Of a DNA stretch of 27,445 nt, positions 1-8,435 are shown piece by piece. The notes under the pieces were generated by a model. The model had not been told where the DNA came from and made no database searches. It was given only the letters and a program-made list of their open reading frames with translations. How positions within the stretch are numbered: the stretch's first letter is position 1; each line of letters starts with the position of its first letter. The stretch spans positions 1 to 27,445 of the IMG/VR virus record IMGVR_UViG_3300024246_000004; one strand, given 5' to 3'. The position numbers and the translations under genes are program-made. Source of the stretch: a virus. Lineage: Duplodnaviria; Heunggongvirae; Uroviricota; Caudoviricetes.

Positions 1-10
1 GCCGAAGCAG

Positions 11-31
11 CCCCCCCCCCCCCCCCCCCCC
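11..31. repeat. Poly-C homopolymer (21 nt)
   Basis: Seen directly; near window start, possibly an assembly or sequencing artefact. Confidence 0.8.
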
Positions 32-98
32 TTCCGCCGGTGACCACGCTTCGATGGCCAGTGCTGTACCGAGACTCCATAGTGCGGGCGCCATCGGA

Positions 99-143
99 GC
101 CGATAGCCCCCAGGCAATCCACCACGGCCTGGGGGCTATCGGC
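99..143. terminator. Perfect 17-bp inverted repeat, terminator-like hairpin
   Basis: GCCGATAGCCCCCAGGC (99-115) / GCCTGGGGGCTATCGGC (127-143), 11-nt loop, upstream of the SSAP gene. No U-tract, which is common in actinobacteria. Confidence 0.55.
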
Positions 144-214
144 ATGTCAGTGGCAGATGGTTGAATAGCCCTTGCGTCTCAACCCCACGGGGTCATATCG
201 CAAGGAGCATGTGC

Positions 215-1198
215 ATGACCGAAGAAACAGCGGTGGCCGAAGAGGCACCCGAGGAGCCCGTAGTCACCCAGCGCCTAACGCCTGCACAGCGGCGCCGTCT
301 GCTGCGCCCGCTCGACCAGGGCCGCGTCAAGAAGAACCCCAAGGGCTACAGTTACATCCCGCACAACGAGTCGCGCGCTGAACTGATCAAGACGTTCGGC
401 CTGTGCGGGTACACCCTGGAGACGCTGGACCTCGAACAGGTTTCCCTGCGCACCAACGACGCGGCCACGCGTTTCTGGGTGGTGTACCGGGCGACCGTCC
501 GGCTCACGATCAAGGACGAGAACGGAAAGACCCTCGCGGTCTACAGTGCGTCGGGCGCCGGTTCCGCGCAGAACCAGCCGAACGAGGGCGACGCCGTGGA
601 CAACGCGATCAAGGGCGCGGAGTCCGAGGCGTTCAAGCGCTGCGCGATGAACCTCGGCGACCAGTACGGCCTGAGCCTCTACGACGGCGGCTCGCTGGAG
701 TCGGTGGGCGGCTCGCTGGTGGACTCGCCCATCATCCAGGCGTCGGCGCCGCAACAGGCCACTGCGGTTACGGCGTTCCTCGACGCGGACGGCCGCGAGC
801 GCGTTGAGCTGCTGGCCACCCGGATCGGTCTCAAGTCTCTCGGTGAGACCCTCTATGCCGCCAGCATCATCACCGGCGAACCCGTCGGCTCGCTCGCCGT
901 GCTGAAGGCCGACGCGGGAGCCCTGGTGCTCTCCGCCCTCGACGAGATCGGCAGCCAGAAGCGCCCCATGGAGGCCCTCGCCGAGCGGCTCGGCAAGTGC
1001 GTCCAGCCGAACCGGGACGACGCCCTCCTGCGCACGCTGCACAACAAGATCACCACATCCTCGTCGCAGGCCGTGCTGCGCGCCGTCGTCGAGGATGTGC
1101 GCGAGAACCTCGGCCGCTTCAAGCTGAACTGGACGGATTACCAGGGCCTCATGTCGATCGCCCAGCAGCGGCTGACCGGCCTGAAGGTGCCTGCGTGA
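215..1198 (+). CDS. Rad52/Rad22-family (Sak-like) single-strand annealing protein, 327 aa
   Basis: Motifs GYSYIPH, YRATVRLTI, A-I-K-G-A-E-S-E-A-F-K-R-C-A-M-N-L-G-D-Q-Y-G-L-S-L-Y-D match the Rad52 core; AGGAG 7 nt before ATG 215; SSB two genes downstream. Confidence 0.88.
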   Translation: MTEETAVAEEAPEEPVVTQRLTPAQRRRLLRPLDQGRVKKNPKGYSYIPHNESRAELIKTFGLCGYTLETLDLEQVSLRTNDAATRFWVVYRATVRLTIKDENGKTLAVYSASGAGSAQNQPNEGDAVDNAIKGAESEAFKRCAMNLGDQYGLSLYDGGSLESVGGSLVDSPIIQASAPQQATAVTAFLDADGRERVELLATRIGLKSLGETLYAASIITGEPVGSLAVLKADAGALVLSALDEIGSQKRPMEALAERLGKCVQPNRDDALLRTLHNKITTSSSQAVLRAVVEDVRENLGRFKLNWTDYQGLMSIAQQRLTGLKVPA

Positions 1199-1719
1199 GC
1201 ACCCAGGACGCCGCCGCGCGGGTGGCCGTCCTCTCCGCTCTGCGTGACGCCATCGCCGACGAGCTGACCGGGGCCAAGGAGGAGCTCTCTACGGCCCTGG
1301 CGGCGCTGCACCGCGACCACGGCACCGACCGCACCGCAGCGGTCCTGCCGGGCGGCGAGAAGGTCGCCACGATCTCCTGGGTGCCCTCCGCCGTGCGCTT
1401 CCGGGTCAGCGACGAGGCGGCGTTCTCCGAGTGGGTGCTCGCCAACCATCCCACCGAAGTACGCACCGTCTTGATGGTCAGGCCCGTATGGCAGACGGTG
1501 TACCTCAAGAACGGCTTGAAAGCCTCAGGATCATCCGCTGTTGACGTAGACACCGGAGAAATCGTCCCCGGAATCGAGGCGTTCAACAGCGCCGAATACG
1601 CGCGCCTGAACTTCACGGACGAAGGACGCGGAGCCGTCGCGGCGGCATGGCGCGAAGGCCGCATCACCACCAACTTCCTGGCGGTGCTGCCGCCGACCCC
1701 CGCAGAAGGAGAACACTGA
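1195..1719 (+). CDS. Hypothetical phage recombination-module protein, 174 aa
   Basis: GTGA overlap with SSAP stop and TGATG overlap with SSB start; N-terminal coiled coil; DVDTGEIVPGI motif typical of actinophage proteins next to annealases. Confidence 0.75.
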   Translation: MSTQDAAARVAVLSALRDAIADELTGAKEELSTALAALHRDHGTDRTAAVLPGGEKVATISWVPSAVRFRVSDEAAFSEWVLANHPTEVRTVLMVRPVWQTVYLKNGLKASGSSAVDVDTGEIVPGIEAFNSAEYARLNFTDEGRGAVAAAWREGRITTNFLAVLPPTPAEGEH

Positions 1720-2171
1720 TGGCTGGCGAGACGCGCATCACCCTGGAAGGCGGCCTGACCAGGGACCCGGAACTGGCATTCGGCTCCTCCGGCAAGGCCT
1801 ACGCCCGCTTCGCCGTCGCCGTCGGCAGCAGGCAGAAGAACCAGGACGGCAGCTGGGGAGACGGTCCGGCCGCGTTCTGGGACTGCACCGCGTTCGGTTC
1901 TATCGCTGAACACGTCACCGAATCGCTGCACAAAGGCGACCGCGTGATCGTCGTCGGCGAACTGCGGCCGGAAACCTACACCAAGGACGGCGTCGAGAAG
2001 CGCACCATCAAAGTGATCGTCGAGAACGTCGGCCCGTCGCTGCTGTTCGCCACGGCCGCCGTCACCAAGGCACAGCGTTCCGGCGGCGCCCAGCAGGCGG
2101 CTCAGCCACAGCAGGCCGACACGTGGGGCAACGACCCGTGGGCCAACGGCGGGGATCAGCCGCCGTTCTGA
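1719..2171 (+). CDS. ssb: Single-stranded DNA-binding protein, 150 aa
   Basis: GGLTRDPELAF..SGKAYARFAVAV, FWDCTAF, LHKGDRVIVVG OB-fold motifs; acidic C-tail DQPPF; RBS AAGGAG. Confidence 0.97.
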   Translation: MAGETRITLEGGLTRDPELAFGSSGKAYARFAVAVGSRQKNQDGSWGDGPAAFWDCTAFGSIAEHVTESLHKGDRVIVVGELRPETYTKDGVEKRTIKVIVENVGPSLLFATAAVTKAQRSGGAQQAAQPQQADTWGNDPWANGGDQPPF

Positions 2172-2728
2172 TCGGGCGCGTGCGTCCGGGGGCGGGGCAG
2201 CTGGGGGGCGACGCGCTGGGCCAACGCCCGCGCCTCCGCCCCCCGGCCGTACTGCACGAGGTGGGAGATCCGCGTGAGGGCTAGAAACAACTCGCGCGGC
2301 ACGGCGATGTGTTCCCCCTCTTCCACGAGATCGGCGGGGAGCCATCCTCTGCGGTAGGCGAGAATCGCCAGGTGTGTGCGGTTCGCGATCTCCAGTTTGT
2401 CCAAGATGCTGCGCATGTGCGTTTTGACAGTATCAACGGAGATGCCCAGTTCCGTTGCGGTGTCTCCGTTTCCCAGGCCCCGTATCGCAAGCACCGCCAC
2501 CTGCCATTCGCGTTCGGACAGACCGCAGCTCGCCGGGCGCGGCGTCAACAGCGCCGTCTGGGCACGCCGCTCGCGCTGAACCCGGCGTGGTACGCGGCCG
2601 TTGCGCATCTGGCCGACGTTCTCCAGGTACTTCTCGCGTGCCGCAGTGCACCCTTCGCAGGCGATGCTGCCCTGCTGCTGGTGGCGTTTCCAGCCATCCA
2701 CCGTGCCGCACTCGGCGCGCAGCGTCAC
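2156..2728 (-). CDS. LuxR-type HTH regulator with N-terminal Cys/His Zn-binding motif, 190 aa
   Basis: LSEREWQVAVLAIRGLGNGDTATELGISVDTVKTHMRSILDKLEIANRTHL is a LuxR HTH; N-terminal CGT..GW.RH...G...CEGC motif; GTGA overlap with upstream gene. Confidence 0.85.
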   Translation of the reverse strand: MTLRAECGTVDGWKRHQQQGSIACEGCTAAREKYLENVGQMRNGRVPRRVQRERRAQTALLTPRPASCGLSEREWQVAVLAIRGLGNGDTATELGISVDTVKTHMRSILDKLEIANRTHLAILAYRRGWLPADLVEEGEHIAVPRELFLALTRISHLVQYGRGAEARALAQRVAPQLPRPRTHAPDQNGG

Positions 2729-3192
2729 GCAGCCACACCCTTCGGGAACCCGGCGACGGCGAGCGCCTCACGCACTTCGTCCGCGCGCCACACGGTACCC
2801 ATGCGCAGTTTGTCGGCCGGGCGCACCGGGGCGCGGTCGCGGGCCACGGCGTGGACGTTGCCGCTGACGAAGCCGCCGAGCCGGGCGAAACCCTCCGCCG
2901 CGATCAGTTCCCCCGTGTAGCCGTACTCCCAGTCCTCGATGCGGGGGGAGACCGGCAGGTCGGCGCGCAGCCTGTCGTGGCGGCGCAGGGCGTCTTTGAC
3001 GTCCCGCAGGAACCAGTAGGGCCACCGCTGTAGTTCGGGGTAGATGTAGCCCTGGGGCGATGGGAACCAGTCGAGGGCGAGCATTCCGCCGTTGACATTC
3101 TGGCGTGTGGTCTGGGTGAGGTGGGCGATCTCGGAGATCCCGGCGTAGAGGCCGCGATAGACCAGGTCGCCGAGGGTGGGTGGTGTGGGCAT
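2725..3192 (-). CDS. Putative tandem-HTH DNA-binding protein, 155 aa
   Basis: Two AlpA/excisionase-like units (AGISEIAHLTQTTRQNV...WFLRDV; LIAAEGFARLGG...VWRADEV); RBS AAAGGAG before ATG 3192; own promoter. Confidence 0.6.
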   Translation of the reverse strand: MPTPPTLGDLVYRGLYAGISEIAHLTQTTRQNVNGGMLALDWFPSPQGYIYPELQRWPYWFLRDVKDALRRHDRLRADLPVSPRIEDWEYGYTGELIAAEGFARLGGFVSGNVHAVARDRAPVRPADKLRMGTVWRADEVREALAVAGFPKGVAA

Positions 3193-3215
3193 GTGCGCTC
3201 CTTTTCTCAGCGTAG

Positions 3216-3244
3216 ATCCTAGAGTGGATTGACGGGACACACAA
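3216..3244 (-). promoter_or_regulatory. sigma70/HrdB-type promoter TTGTGT-17-TAGGAT
   Basis: Hexamers and 17-bp spacing read directly, just upstream of ATG 3192. Confidence 0.6.
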
Positions 3245-3274
3245 CCGCCCGGCCGTGGGGACCGGGCGGTTGTG
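3240..3274. terminator. 13-bp stem hairpin, likely terminator of the leftward operon
   Basis: CACAACCGCCCGG (3240-3252) / CCGGGCGGTTGTG (3262-3274). Confidence 0.55.
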
Positions 3275-3364
3275 GCGCGGCGGCGGGTTTTGAATGGATC
3301 TTGGGTCCGCTATGGCCGCCGCAGGCCCGCTAGAACCAGCAGGACCTTCTGTACGTCTCCTCAA

Positions 3365-3583
3365 TCACGTCCGGTCCCCTCGGAAGCCCAACCACAGGAT
3401 GAACACCACGAGCGCGACGAGCGGCAGCACCAGCGGCCAGAACAGCGAGCCAATACCGCACTCCAGAGCCTCGCGCCACGCCTTGCCCTGCGGGTTGGCC
3501 CTGCGGGCGCTGCGGTAGGTTCCCGTGAACACCCAGAGGGCGATCAGCCCGTACGCGATCCCGCACCAGAACTCGACCATCAT
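3365..3583 (-). CDS. Small two-TM membrane protein, 72 aa
   Basis: Two hydrophobic segments; ATGA overlap with upstream gene. Confidence 0.7.
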   Translation of the reverse strand: MMVEFWCGIAYGLIALWVFTGTYRSARRANPQGKAWREALECGIGSLFWPLVLPLVALVVFILWLGFRGDRT

Positions 3584-3861
3584 GTGCCCCCCTTCGTCTC
3601 CTGGGCGCGCACCCAGTCGAGTACGCGTCGCTTCTCGTGCTCCACTTCGTCCAGATCGATATCGAAGAACTGGGCAACAGCGCGCTGCGCCTCTGAGCCG
3701 GTGCCGACCATGTAGACATCCCGGCCCGTGTCGTTGACCGAGCACAGCACCGGGTCCGTGCTGTCCCCAAGCCACTCGATGATCTCGAAGAATAGCTGAG
3801 TGCGTTCCGCGACCTTGCCCAGCTTGTCGCACTCCGGCGTCGGCGGGTAGTCGATGGTCAC
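3580..3861 (-). CDS. Hypothetical phage protein, 93 aa
   Basis: GTGA overlap; YPPTPECDKL...FIEWL...FDIDLDEVEHEKR pattern; phage-like codon use. Confidence 0.75.
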   Translation of the reverse strand: MTIDYPPTPECDKLGKVAERTQLFFEIIEWLGDSTDPVLCSVNDTGRDVYMVGTGSEAQRAVAQFFDIDLDEVEHEKRRVLDWVRAQETKGGT

Positions 3862-4220
3862 CGCTCCACCCATCCCGGGCGCTTGCGGCGCACCTCGTTG
3901 CGGACCTGCGCGAGCCTGTCCATGGCGATCAGGACGCTGTCGTTGTAGTCGCTGCTCCAGTTGCGCGGGAACGGCCGCCGGTCGTCCTGGCGCTCCTGCG
4001 GGTAGCTGATCTCCGCCCGCGCCTGTTGCGCGCTCTCAATCAACTCTTCGAGGGCGTGCTGCGCGTCCTCCTCCGCCTGATAGCAGCGCCAGGCGAGCCT
4101 GAGTGCCTCGTCCGGGTCCGTCGCGTCCACGTCGCCGATGCTGCCGATGGCGGCGACCAGGGCCCGCAGGACCAGGATGCTTCCCTCGCGGGCCACGTGC
4201 TTCGCTACGTCGCCCATCAC
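3858..4220 (-). CDS. Hypothetical helical protein, about 120 aa
   Basis: GTGA overlap with upstream stop at 4217; start may be ATG 4217 instead. Confidence 0.7.
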   Translation of the reverse strand: MMGDVAKHVAREGSILVLRALVAAIGSIGDVDATDPDEALRLAWRCYQAEEDAQHALEELIESAQQARAEISYPQERQDDRRPFPRNWSSDYNDSVLIAMDRLAQVRNEVRRKRPGWVER

Positions 4221-4552
4221 ACCCACCCCGCCGTTCCGGCTTCGATCCCGGTGCGCAGGCCCCGCAGCTCGGCCTCCAGGATCACCACCATGGTTCCACC
4301 CATGGCGTTGGAGTCCACGAACTCACCGCCGGTCCCGATGGACTGGGCGTAGGTGGTGGCCTGCCGGGAGGCGTTCTCCAGGGCCGCCCGCAGCCGCCGC
4401 TCGGCGTGGAGCAGGCGTAGCCCGAGGCCCACCAGGTAGCCCTCGGGCAGCTGGTCGATGACGTCCTCGCGCACCCTGGCGCGCCGCAGCGCGGCACGGT
4501 GCATGTCGCCGGGGACGTCGTCCTCGGGGTTGAGACTGCTCAACACTGGCAT
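4217..4552 (-). CDS. Hypothetical protein, 111 aa
   Basis: GAAGGA RBS before ATG 4552; fits operon packing. Confidence 0.7.
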   Translation of the reverse strand: MPVLSSLNPEDDVPGDMHRAALRRARVREDVIDQLPEGYLVGLGLRLLHAERRLRAALENASRQATTYAQSIGTGGEFVDSNAMGGTMVVILEAELRGLRTGIEAGTAGWV

Positions 4553-4553
4553 G

Positions 4554-4784
4554 TCAGTGTCCTTCCGTCGTGATGGTCCAGACCTGGCCGGTGTCGGTGT
4601 AGGACTGCCAGCGCGAGTCGGTGATCTCGTGGACCTGGCCGCCAAGCAGCAGCCAGCCCTCGTCGGGGGCCAGCAGCTGCTCCAGCAAGTCGTCGGTGAG
4701 GACGTCCAGGTCGTCCGAACCCGACTCGAAGCACCCCAGGAAGTTACGCAGGACCTGACGGAACTCGTCGCGCGCTTCACGCAT
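4554..4784 (-). CDS. Hypothetical protein, 76 aa (paralog family B)
   Basis: TGATG overlap; GWLLLGGQVHEI...VWTITT resembles 18493-18744 and 18737-19153. Confidence 0.7.
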   Translation of the reverse strand: MREARDEFRQVLRNFLGCFESGSDDLDVLTDDLLEQLLAPDEGWLLLGGQVHEITDSRWQSYTDTGQVWTITTEGH

Positions 4785-5197
4785 CAGGCGCGGTCCGTTC
4801 CGAGCCACGGTGCCTCGAAGTCCACGACGCCCTCGGCGTCCTCCAGGGCGACCACGCGGTCCCGGCTCAGATCCCGCACCGGTGGCTGGGCGAGCCGCAC
4901 GGCGATCTCCTTGAGCCACTTGCTCCGGTTGCCCCTATCAGCGGGGTTGGTCCCGTCGAACACGTTGTACTGATCGTAGAGGCCGAGCGCAAGCACGGCC
5001 TGCGAGTACGCACTGAGCGTGCCCTCGTTCGCCCGGCCCGCGAATGCCGGGTGGTTCCTCCACAGTTGCCCGAGAGGACAGTCCTGGTAGCTGGCCATAT
5101 CCAGCTCGGCCTCGTTGATGTAGTGCTCCCAGCCGGGCAGGTTCCGGTCCAGGAACACCGCCGCGATGCGCACCGTCTCAGGCACGAAGGTCTCCAT
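4784..5197 (-). CDS. Hypothetical protein, 137 aa (paralog family A)
   Basis: AAVFLDRNLPGWEHYINEAELDMASYQDCPLGQL; TGATG overlap. Confidence 0.8.
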   Translation of the reverse strand: METFVPETVRIAAVFLDRNLPGWEHYINEAELDMASYQDCPLGQLWRNHPAFAGRANEGTLSAYSQAVLALGLYDQYNVFDGTNPADRGNRSKWLKEIAVRLAQPPVRDLSRDRVVALEDAEGVVDFEAPWLGTDRA

Positions 5198-5403
5198 CAG
5201 AGCGTCTCCCCCCACGGCCAGAGGTTGCCGCCCTCGGCCTTCATGGTGTCGTCGAGGTAGTTCGCGATGTCGAGGATCATCTGCTTGACATCCTCGCGGT
5301 CCCCGTCCTCCAGGTCGTCCAGGCGCTGGTCCTCGGCGAAGAGGTTGCCCAGCAGGTCGGCCGCGATCTGCTGGGCCAGCTTGGTCTTCTCGGTGATGTC
5401 CAT
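5197..5403 (-). CDS. Small acidic hypothetical protein, 68 aa
   Basis: AGGAGG RBS before ATG 5403; stop overlaps next start. Confidence 0.75.
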   Translation of the reverse strand: MDITEKTKLAQQIAADLLGNLFAEDQRLDDLEDGDREDVKQMILDIANYLDDTMKAEGGNLWPWGETL

Positions 5404-5405
5404 GG

Positions 5406-5774
5406 TCAGCCCTCCTGGACCGCGCGGCGCGCCTCGATCAGGGTCACGAACTCGCTGGTGCTGTGGGAGAAGTTGTAGAGCCCGGCGTCGTCGATCCTTG
5501 CCTGGGAGCCGATGGCATCCCCGAGCTTCTCCAGCGCCTCCGTCCAGCCGTCGCAGTCCGCGAAGTACGGGTGCACGTTGAGCTGGTAGCCGAGGACGCA
5601 GCGGGAGACGCTCCACATCTGCAACTCGGGCAGGTGGATGTTCTCGTCCCAGCCGGGAACGACGTTGTCGAGCAGCAGCGCGGCCCGCGCGGTGGACTTG
5701 CCGATGCCGAGTTCCTGCGCGAGCGCCTCGACGGCGGCCTCGTCGGGCTCCGGAATGAGGGTCAGGTCGATCAT
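5406..5774 (-). CDS. Hypothetical protein, 122 aa (paralog family A)
   Basis: RAALLLDNVVPGWDENIHLPELQMWSVSRCVLGYQL; AAGGAGG RBS before ATG 5774. Confidence 0.8.
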   Translation of the reverse strand: MIDLTLIPEPDEAAVEALAQELGIGKSTARAALLLDNVVPGWDENIHLPELQMWSVSRCVLGYQLNVHPYFADCDGWTEALEKLGDAIGSQARIDDAGLYNFSHSTSEFVTLIEARRAVQEG

Positions 5775-5806
5775 ATGGACCTCCTTGTATCGGGATGGGC
5801 GGGGAG

Positions 5807-5881
5807 TCCCCCTGCGCGGACTCGAACCGTGCCTAACGCAGCTTGCTGAGGCTGCGCACCTCTCCGGTCGAGGCAGGGGGA
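5807..5881 (-). tRNA. Atypical tRNA-like element with 8-nt anticodon loop (CU-CAGC-AA)
   Basis: Minus strand: acceptor UCCCCCU(G)/(C)AGGGGGA; D arm CCUC-GACCGGA-GAGG; anticodon stem (GC)GCAGC/GCUGC(GU) with loop CUCAGCAA; T arm CACGG-UUCGAGU-CCGCG (one mismatch). No encoded CCA. Confidence 0.7.
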
Positions 5882-5946
5882 TGCGCCCGGCGGCGGGGAC
5901 ACCCTGGGTTGCGTGCGTCACTTGGCCGCCGGGCGGTCGTGCGGTG

Positions 5947-6702
5947 CTACTCGGCCGGGGTCGCGCTGCGGCGCCCGCTGATGATCTTGAGCCACTCCGA
6001 GCCGTAGCTCGCGAAGGCGGTCTCGTGGCCGAACGTCACGGGCTCCTGGCCACGCAGGAACTCGACGGTGTCGTTGTAGTTCACGTAATCCGAAAGCCTC
6101 CCGTCCTGGCTGGCGAGCTGGCCGAGGATGCACTGGTCAGTGGACCCCATGTCCAGCACGTCGAGGTCGATGAACTGCTCCCAGCCAGGCAGCTGTCGGT
6201 CGAGCAGTTCGGCGGAGCGCATGGCCGCCCTGGAAACTCCCACGGCGTCGGCGCGCTCTCGCAGGCCCTGCTCGCGCTCCCGGTGGGCTTCGCGCTCGGC
6301 CTGCACGCGCTCCCGCGCCTCCCGCGCCTCCCGCTCGGCCAGAGAGAACAGGCCCTCGGCGCCGGTGCGCGTCTCGTACGCCTGCTGCGCGCTGTTGCGC
6401 CTGGCCGCGTTGGTGCTGCGGTACCGCCGCACGATCCGCTGCACCTCGGGGGGCAGCGCCACGACCTCGGGCGGCGTCAGGCCGAAGTCGTCGCCGCGCT
6501 CGATGATCAGGGCCTCCACGGTGGCGACCTGCACGGGGGTGGCGAAGGACTGGAACTCGTTCCAGAGGCCCTGGACGGCCGTGTGCGGGGTGCGCCCGCC
6601 CAGGAGGGCGTCCATGTACAGCGTGTGGACGTGCGTGGCCAGGGTGGCGGCTTTCTCGGTGCCGATGAACTCGATGGGCGCTTCCTGGGTGTCTTCGGTC
6701 AC
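5947..6702 (-). CDS. Hypothetical protein, 251 aa; C-terminal family-A domain after a coiled coil
   Basis: AAGGAGG RBS before GTG 6702; RSAELLDRQLPGWEQFIDLDVLDMGSTDQCILGQL in the C-terminal third. Confidence 0.8.
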   Translation of the reverse strand: MTEDTQEAPIEFIGTEKAATLATHVHTLYMDALLGGRTPHTAVQGLWNEFQSFATPVQVATVEALIIERGDDFGLTPPEVVALPPEVQRIVRRYRSTNAARRNSAQQAYETRTGAEGLFSLAEREAREARERVQAEREAHREREQGLRERADAVGVSRAAMRSAELLDRQLPGWEQFIDLDVLDMGSTDQCILGQLASQDGRLSDYVNYNDTVEFLRGQEPVTFGHETAFASYGSEWLKIISGRRSATPAE

Positions 6703-6782
6703 AGGTCCTCCTTGGTTTCGGGGAAGGTGCGGCGTGGGGAGCGCTGGGCCTCGGTTCCTCCCTGGCCGCTCGGTTCGGGAGT

Positions 6783-6811
6783 AACGTATCACGGTGCGCG
6801 TGAAGCGTCAA
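6783..6811 (-). promoter_or_regulatory. Strong sigma70/HrdB-type promoter TTGACG-17-TACGTT
   Basis: Near-consensus hexamers with 17-bp spacer, about 80 nt upstream of GTG 6702. Confidence 0.75.
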
Positions 6812-7226
6812 CCTTCGCGGTGAGGTTCCTCGGGGGGCGTCCCGAGCGCGCGCCGCCGCGCCGCTCCACCTGCGAAGCCCACGCCCCGTCCAGGAGGTTG
6901 ATCCTGTAACTGTTTACGTTCGCCCACACGCTCCCGTCGAAGCCGTAGTCGTAGAGGGTCTGCGCGAGAGGCCACTTCCCGAACACCACGAAGGCGGCGC
7001 CGTGGTACGTGTCGGTGGATGCGGCGGCCAACTGCGGGTGCATCATGGGGAGCATGCGCTCGCGCACGCGTGGATCGTTGAGCATGAGCTGGCCCAGGAC
7101 GCACAAAACGGGGCTCGCCATGTTAATCCGCGCGGCGCGCACATGGAGCGCCCAGCCCGGCAGTTCGTCGTCGAGGAGGAGCGCACCACGCTGGGCTCGT
7201 GCGCTAGTCGAGGCGTTGTTGACCAT
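6789..7226 (-). CDS. Hypothetical protein, 145 aa (paralog family A)
   Basis: QRGALLLDDELPGWALHVRAARINMASPVLCVLGQL; GGGAG RBS. Confidence 0.78.
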   Translation of the reverse strand: MVNNASTSARAQRGALLLDDELPGWALHVRAARINMASPVLCVLGQLMLNDPRVRERMLPMMHPQLAAASTDTYHGAAFVVFGKWPLAQTLYDYGFDGSVWANVNSYRINLLDGAWASQVERRGGARSGRPPRNLTAKVDASRAP

Positions 7227-7252
7227 CGTTCTCCCAGGTCGGAGGTTCGGGG

Positions 7253-7289
7253 TTGCATTAACGTATCGTGTGCGCTAGGTTTACCGCAA
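7253..7289. promoter_or_regulatory. Overlapping divergent promoters
   Basis: Plus: TTGCAT(7253)-17-TAGGTT(7276). Minus: TTGCGG(7289)-18-TACGTT(7265). Sits exactly at the strand switch. Confidence 0.65.
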
Positions 7290-7317
7290 TCCGCACGGCT
7301 ACCAGGGAGGATCTCAC

Positions 7318-8316
7318 TTGCTTACTACTGGAATCGCGGTCCCCGCACGGTCCGACGCCTTCGGCACCCCCATCGACGAGATGTACGACAGGTACGGCGT
7401 GGATGTGGACTACGACCTGGCCACACTCTGGCTTGACGAGGACATCAACAAGCACAACCGCAAGTTCAAGAAGCTGCGGCTGGACCGCTACGCCGACGAC
7501 ATGTACAACGACCGGTGGTACCGCAACGGCGCCGCGATCTGCTTCGGCCGCGACGGCGAAGGCAACATCGTCATGGACGACGGACAGCACCGCCTGGAGG
7601 CGCTGCGCATCGCCGCCCGCCGCCGGGAAGCCACGGGGCGCCCGAAACTGGTCATCCGCTTCCTGGTCTACGGGGAGCTGAGCCGCAACGCCCGCCTGGT
7701 CATCGACAACAACGCGCCGCGCACCTACGCCGACGCCGGAGTCATCGGCCAGAGCATCCCCTACGCGAAAAGCGTCGTGCCCATCGGCAAGCGCGTCTAC
7801 AACTGGCTGGAGGGCCAGAACCCGGTACCGAGCGGCAACAACCGCCTGATCCCCAGCGAGCCGGTGTTCAACGAGTTCTACCTCAAGCACGTCAGCGCGC
7901 TCAACCAGGCGGCGTACTGGGGCGGCCACCTCAACCAGCGGATCAAGACGCCGGTGATCTCCGGCGGGTTCGCGCACTACCTGATCCACGAGGTGTCCGA
8001 CCCGCACTACGACGAGACCGACGTGGACGTCGCGCAGGCGTTCTTCCAGGCGGTCGCCACCGGCGCGGAGCTGATCGAGGGCCACCCGGCCAAGGCGCTG
8101 CGGGACACGGTCGTCAACCGGCGCGCGACCCGTACGCTCAACAGCGAGATCGCGCTGGCGTTGTACCTGCGCGCCTGGAACGCGTTCGCCCAGGAGCGGC
8201 TGTACCGGGCGGCGGTGCTGCCGGAGGGCATGACGGTGACCAGCGGCAACCTGGCGCTGCCAGTGCCCCCGAACCCGGACTGGACCGGGAGCGTGTACAG
8301 GTCGCTGCACCAGTGA
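7318..8316 (+). CDS. ParB/Srx-like (DGQHR-motif) domain protein, 332 aa
   Basis: NR....LDRYADDM...W...G.AI.F...GNIVMDDGQHRLEAL pattern; GGAGG RBS before TTG 7318. Confidence 0.7.
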   Translation: MLTTGIAVPARSDAFGTPIDEMYDRYGVDVDYDLATLWLDEDINKHNRKFKKLRLDRYADDMYNDRWYRNGAAICFGRDGEGNIVMDDGQHRLEALRIAARRREATGRPKLVIRFLVYGELSRNARLVIDNNAPRTYADAGVIGQSIPYAKSVVPIGKRVYNWLEGQNPVPSGNNRLIPSEPVFNEFYLKHVSALNQAAYWGGHLNQRIKTPVISGGFAHYLIHEVSDPHYDETDVDVAQAFFQAVATGAELIEGHPAKALRDTVVNRRATRTLNSEIALALYLRAWNAFAQERLYRAAVLPEGMTVTSGNLALPVPPNPDWTGSVYRSLHQ

Positions 8317-8375
8317 TACGCTAGTCGAGGCGGCCACAACCGGGCGGAACCCCTGATCCACACGCCGCCACGGAC

Positions 8376-8415
8376 GTACAGCCCGGCCTCGCGCCCCCCC
8401 CGGGCCGGGCTGTAC
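8376..8415 (+). terminator. 13-bp perfect hairpin after the DGQHR gene
   Basis: GTACAGCCCGGCC (8376-8388) / GGCCGGGCTGTAC (8403-8415). Confidence 0.55.
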
Positions 8416-8435
8416 ACACAGCTACAATGAGCGTC

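Noticed and set aside
11-31. Poly-C tract as a phase-variation or G-quadruplex element
   Set aside because: At the window edge with no visible gene context; long homopolymers are common read or assembly artefacts.
3330-3368. 12-codon ORF MIEETYRRSCWF coupled to the membrane gene
   Set aside because: Too short, with no RBS or other support.
5807-5881. Calling this a standard tRNA-Leu(CAG) or tRNA-Ala(AGC)
   Set aside because: 8-nt loop, no long variable arm (Leu) and no G3-U70 pair (Ala); identity cannot be assigned.
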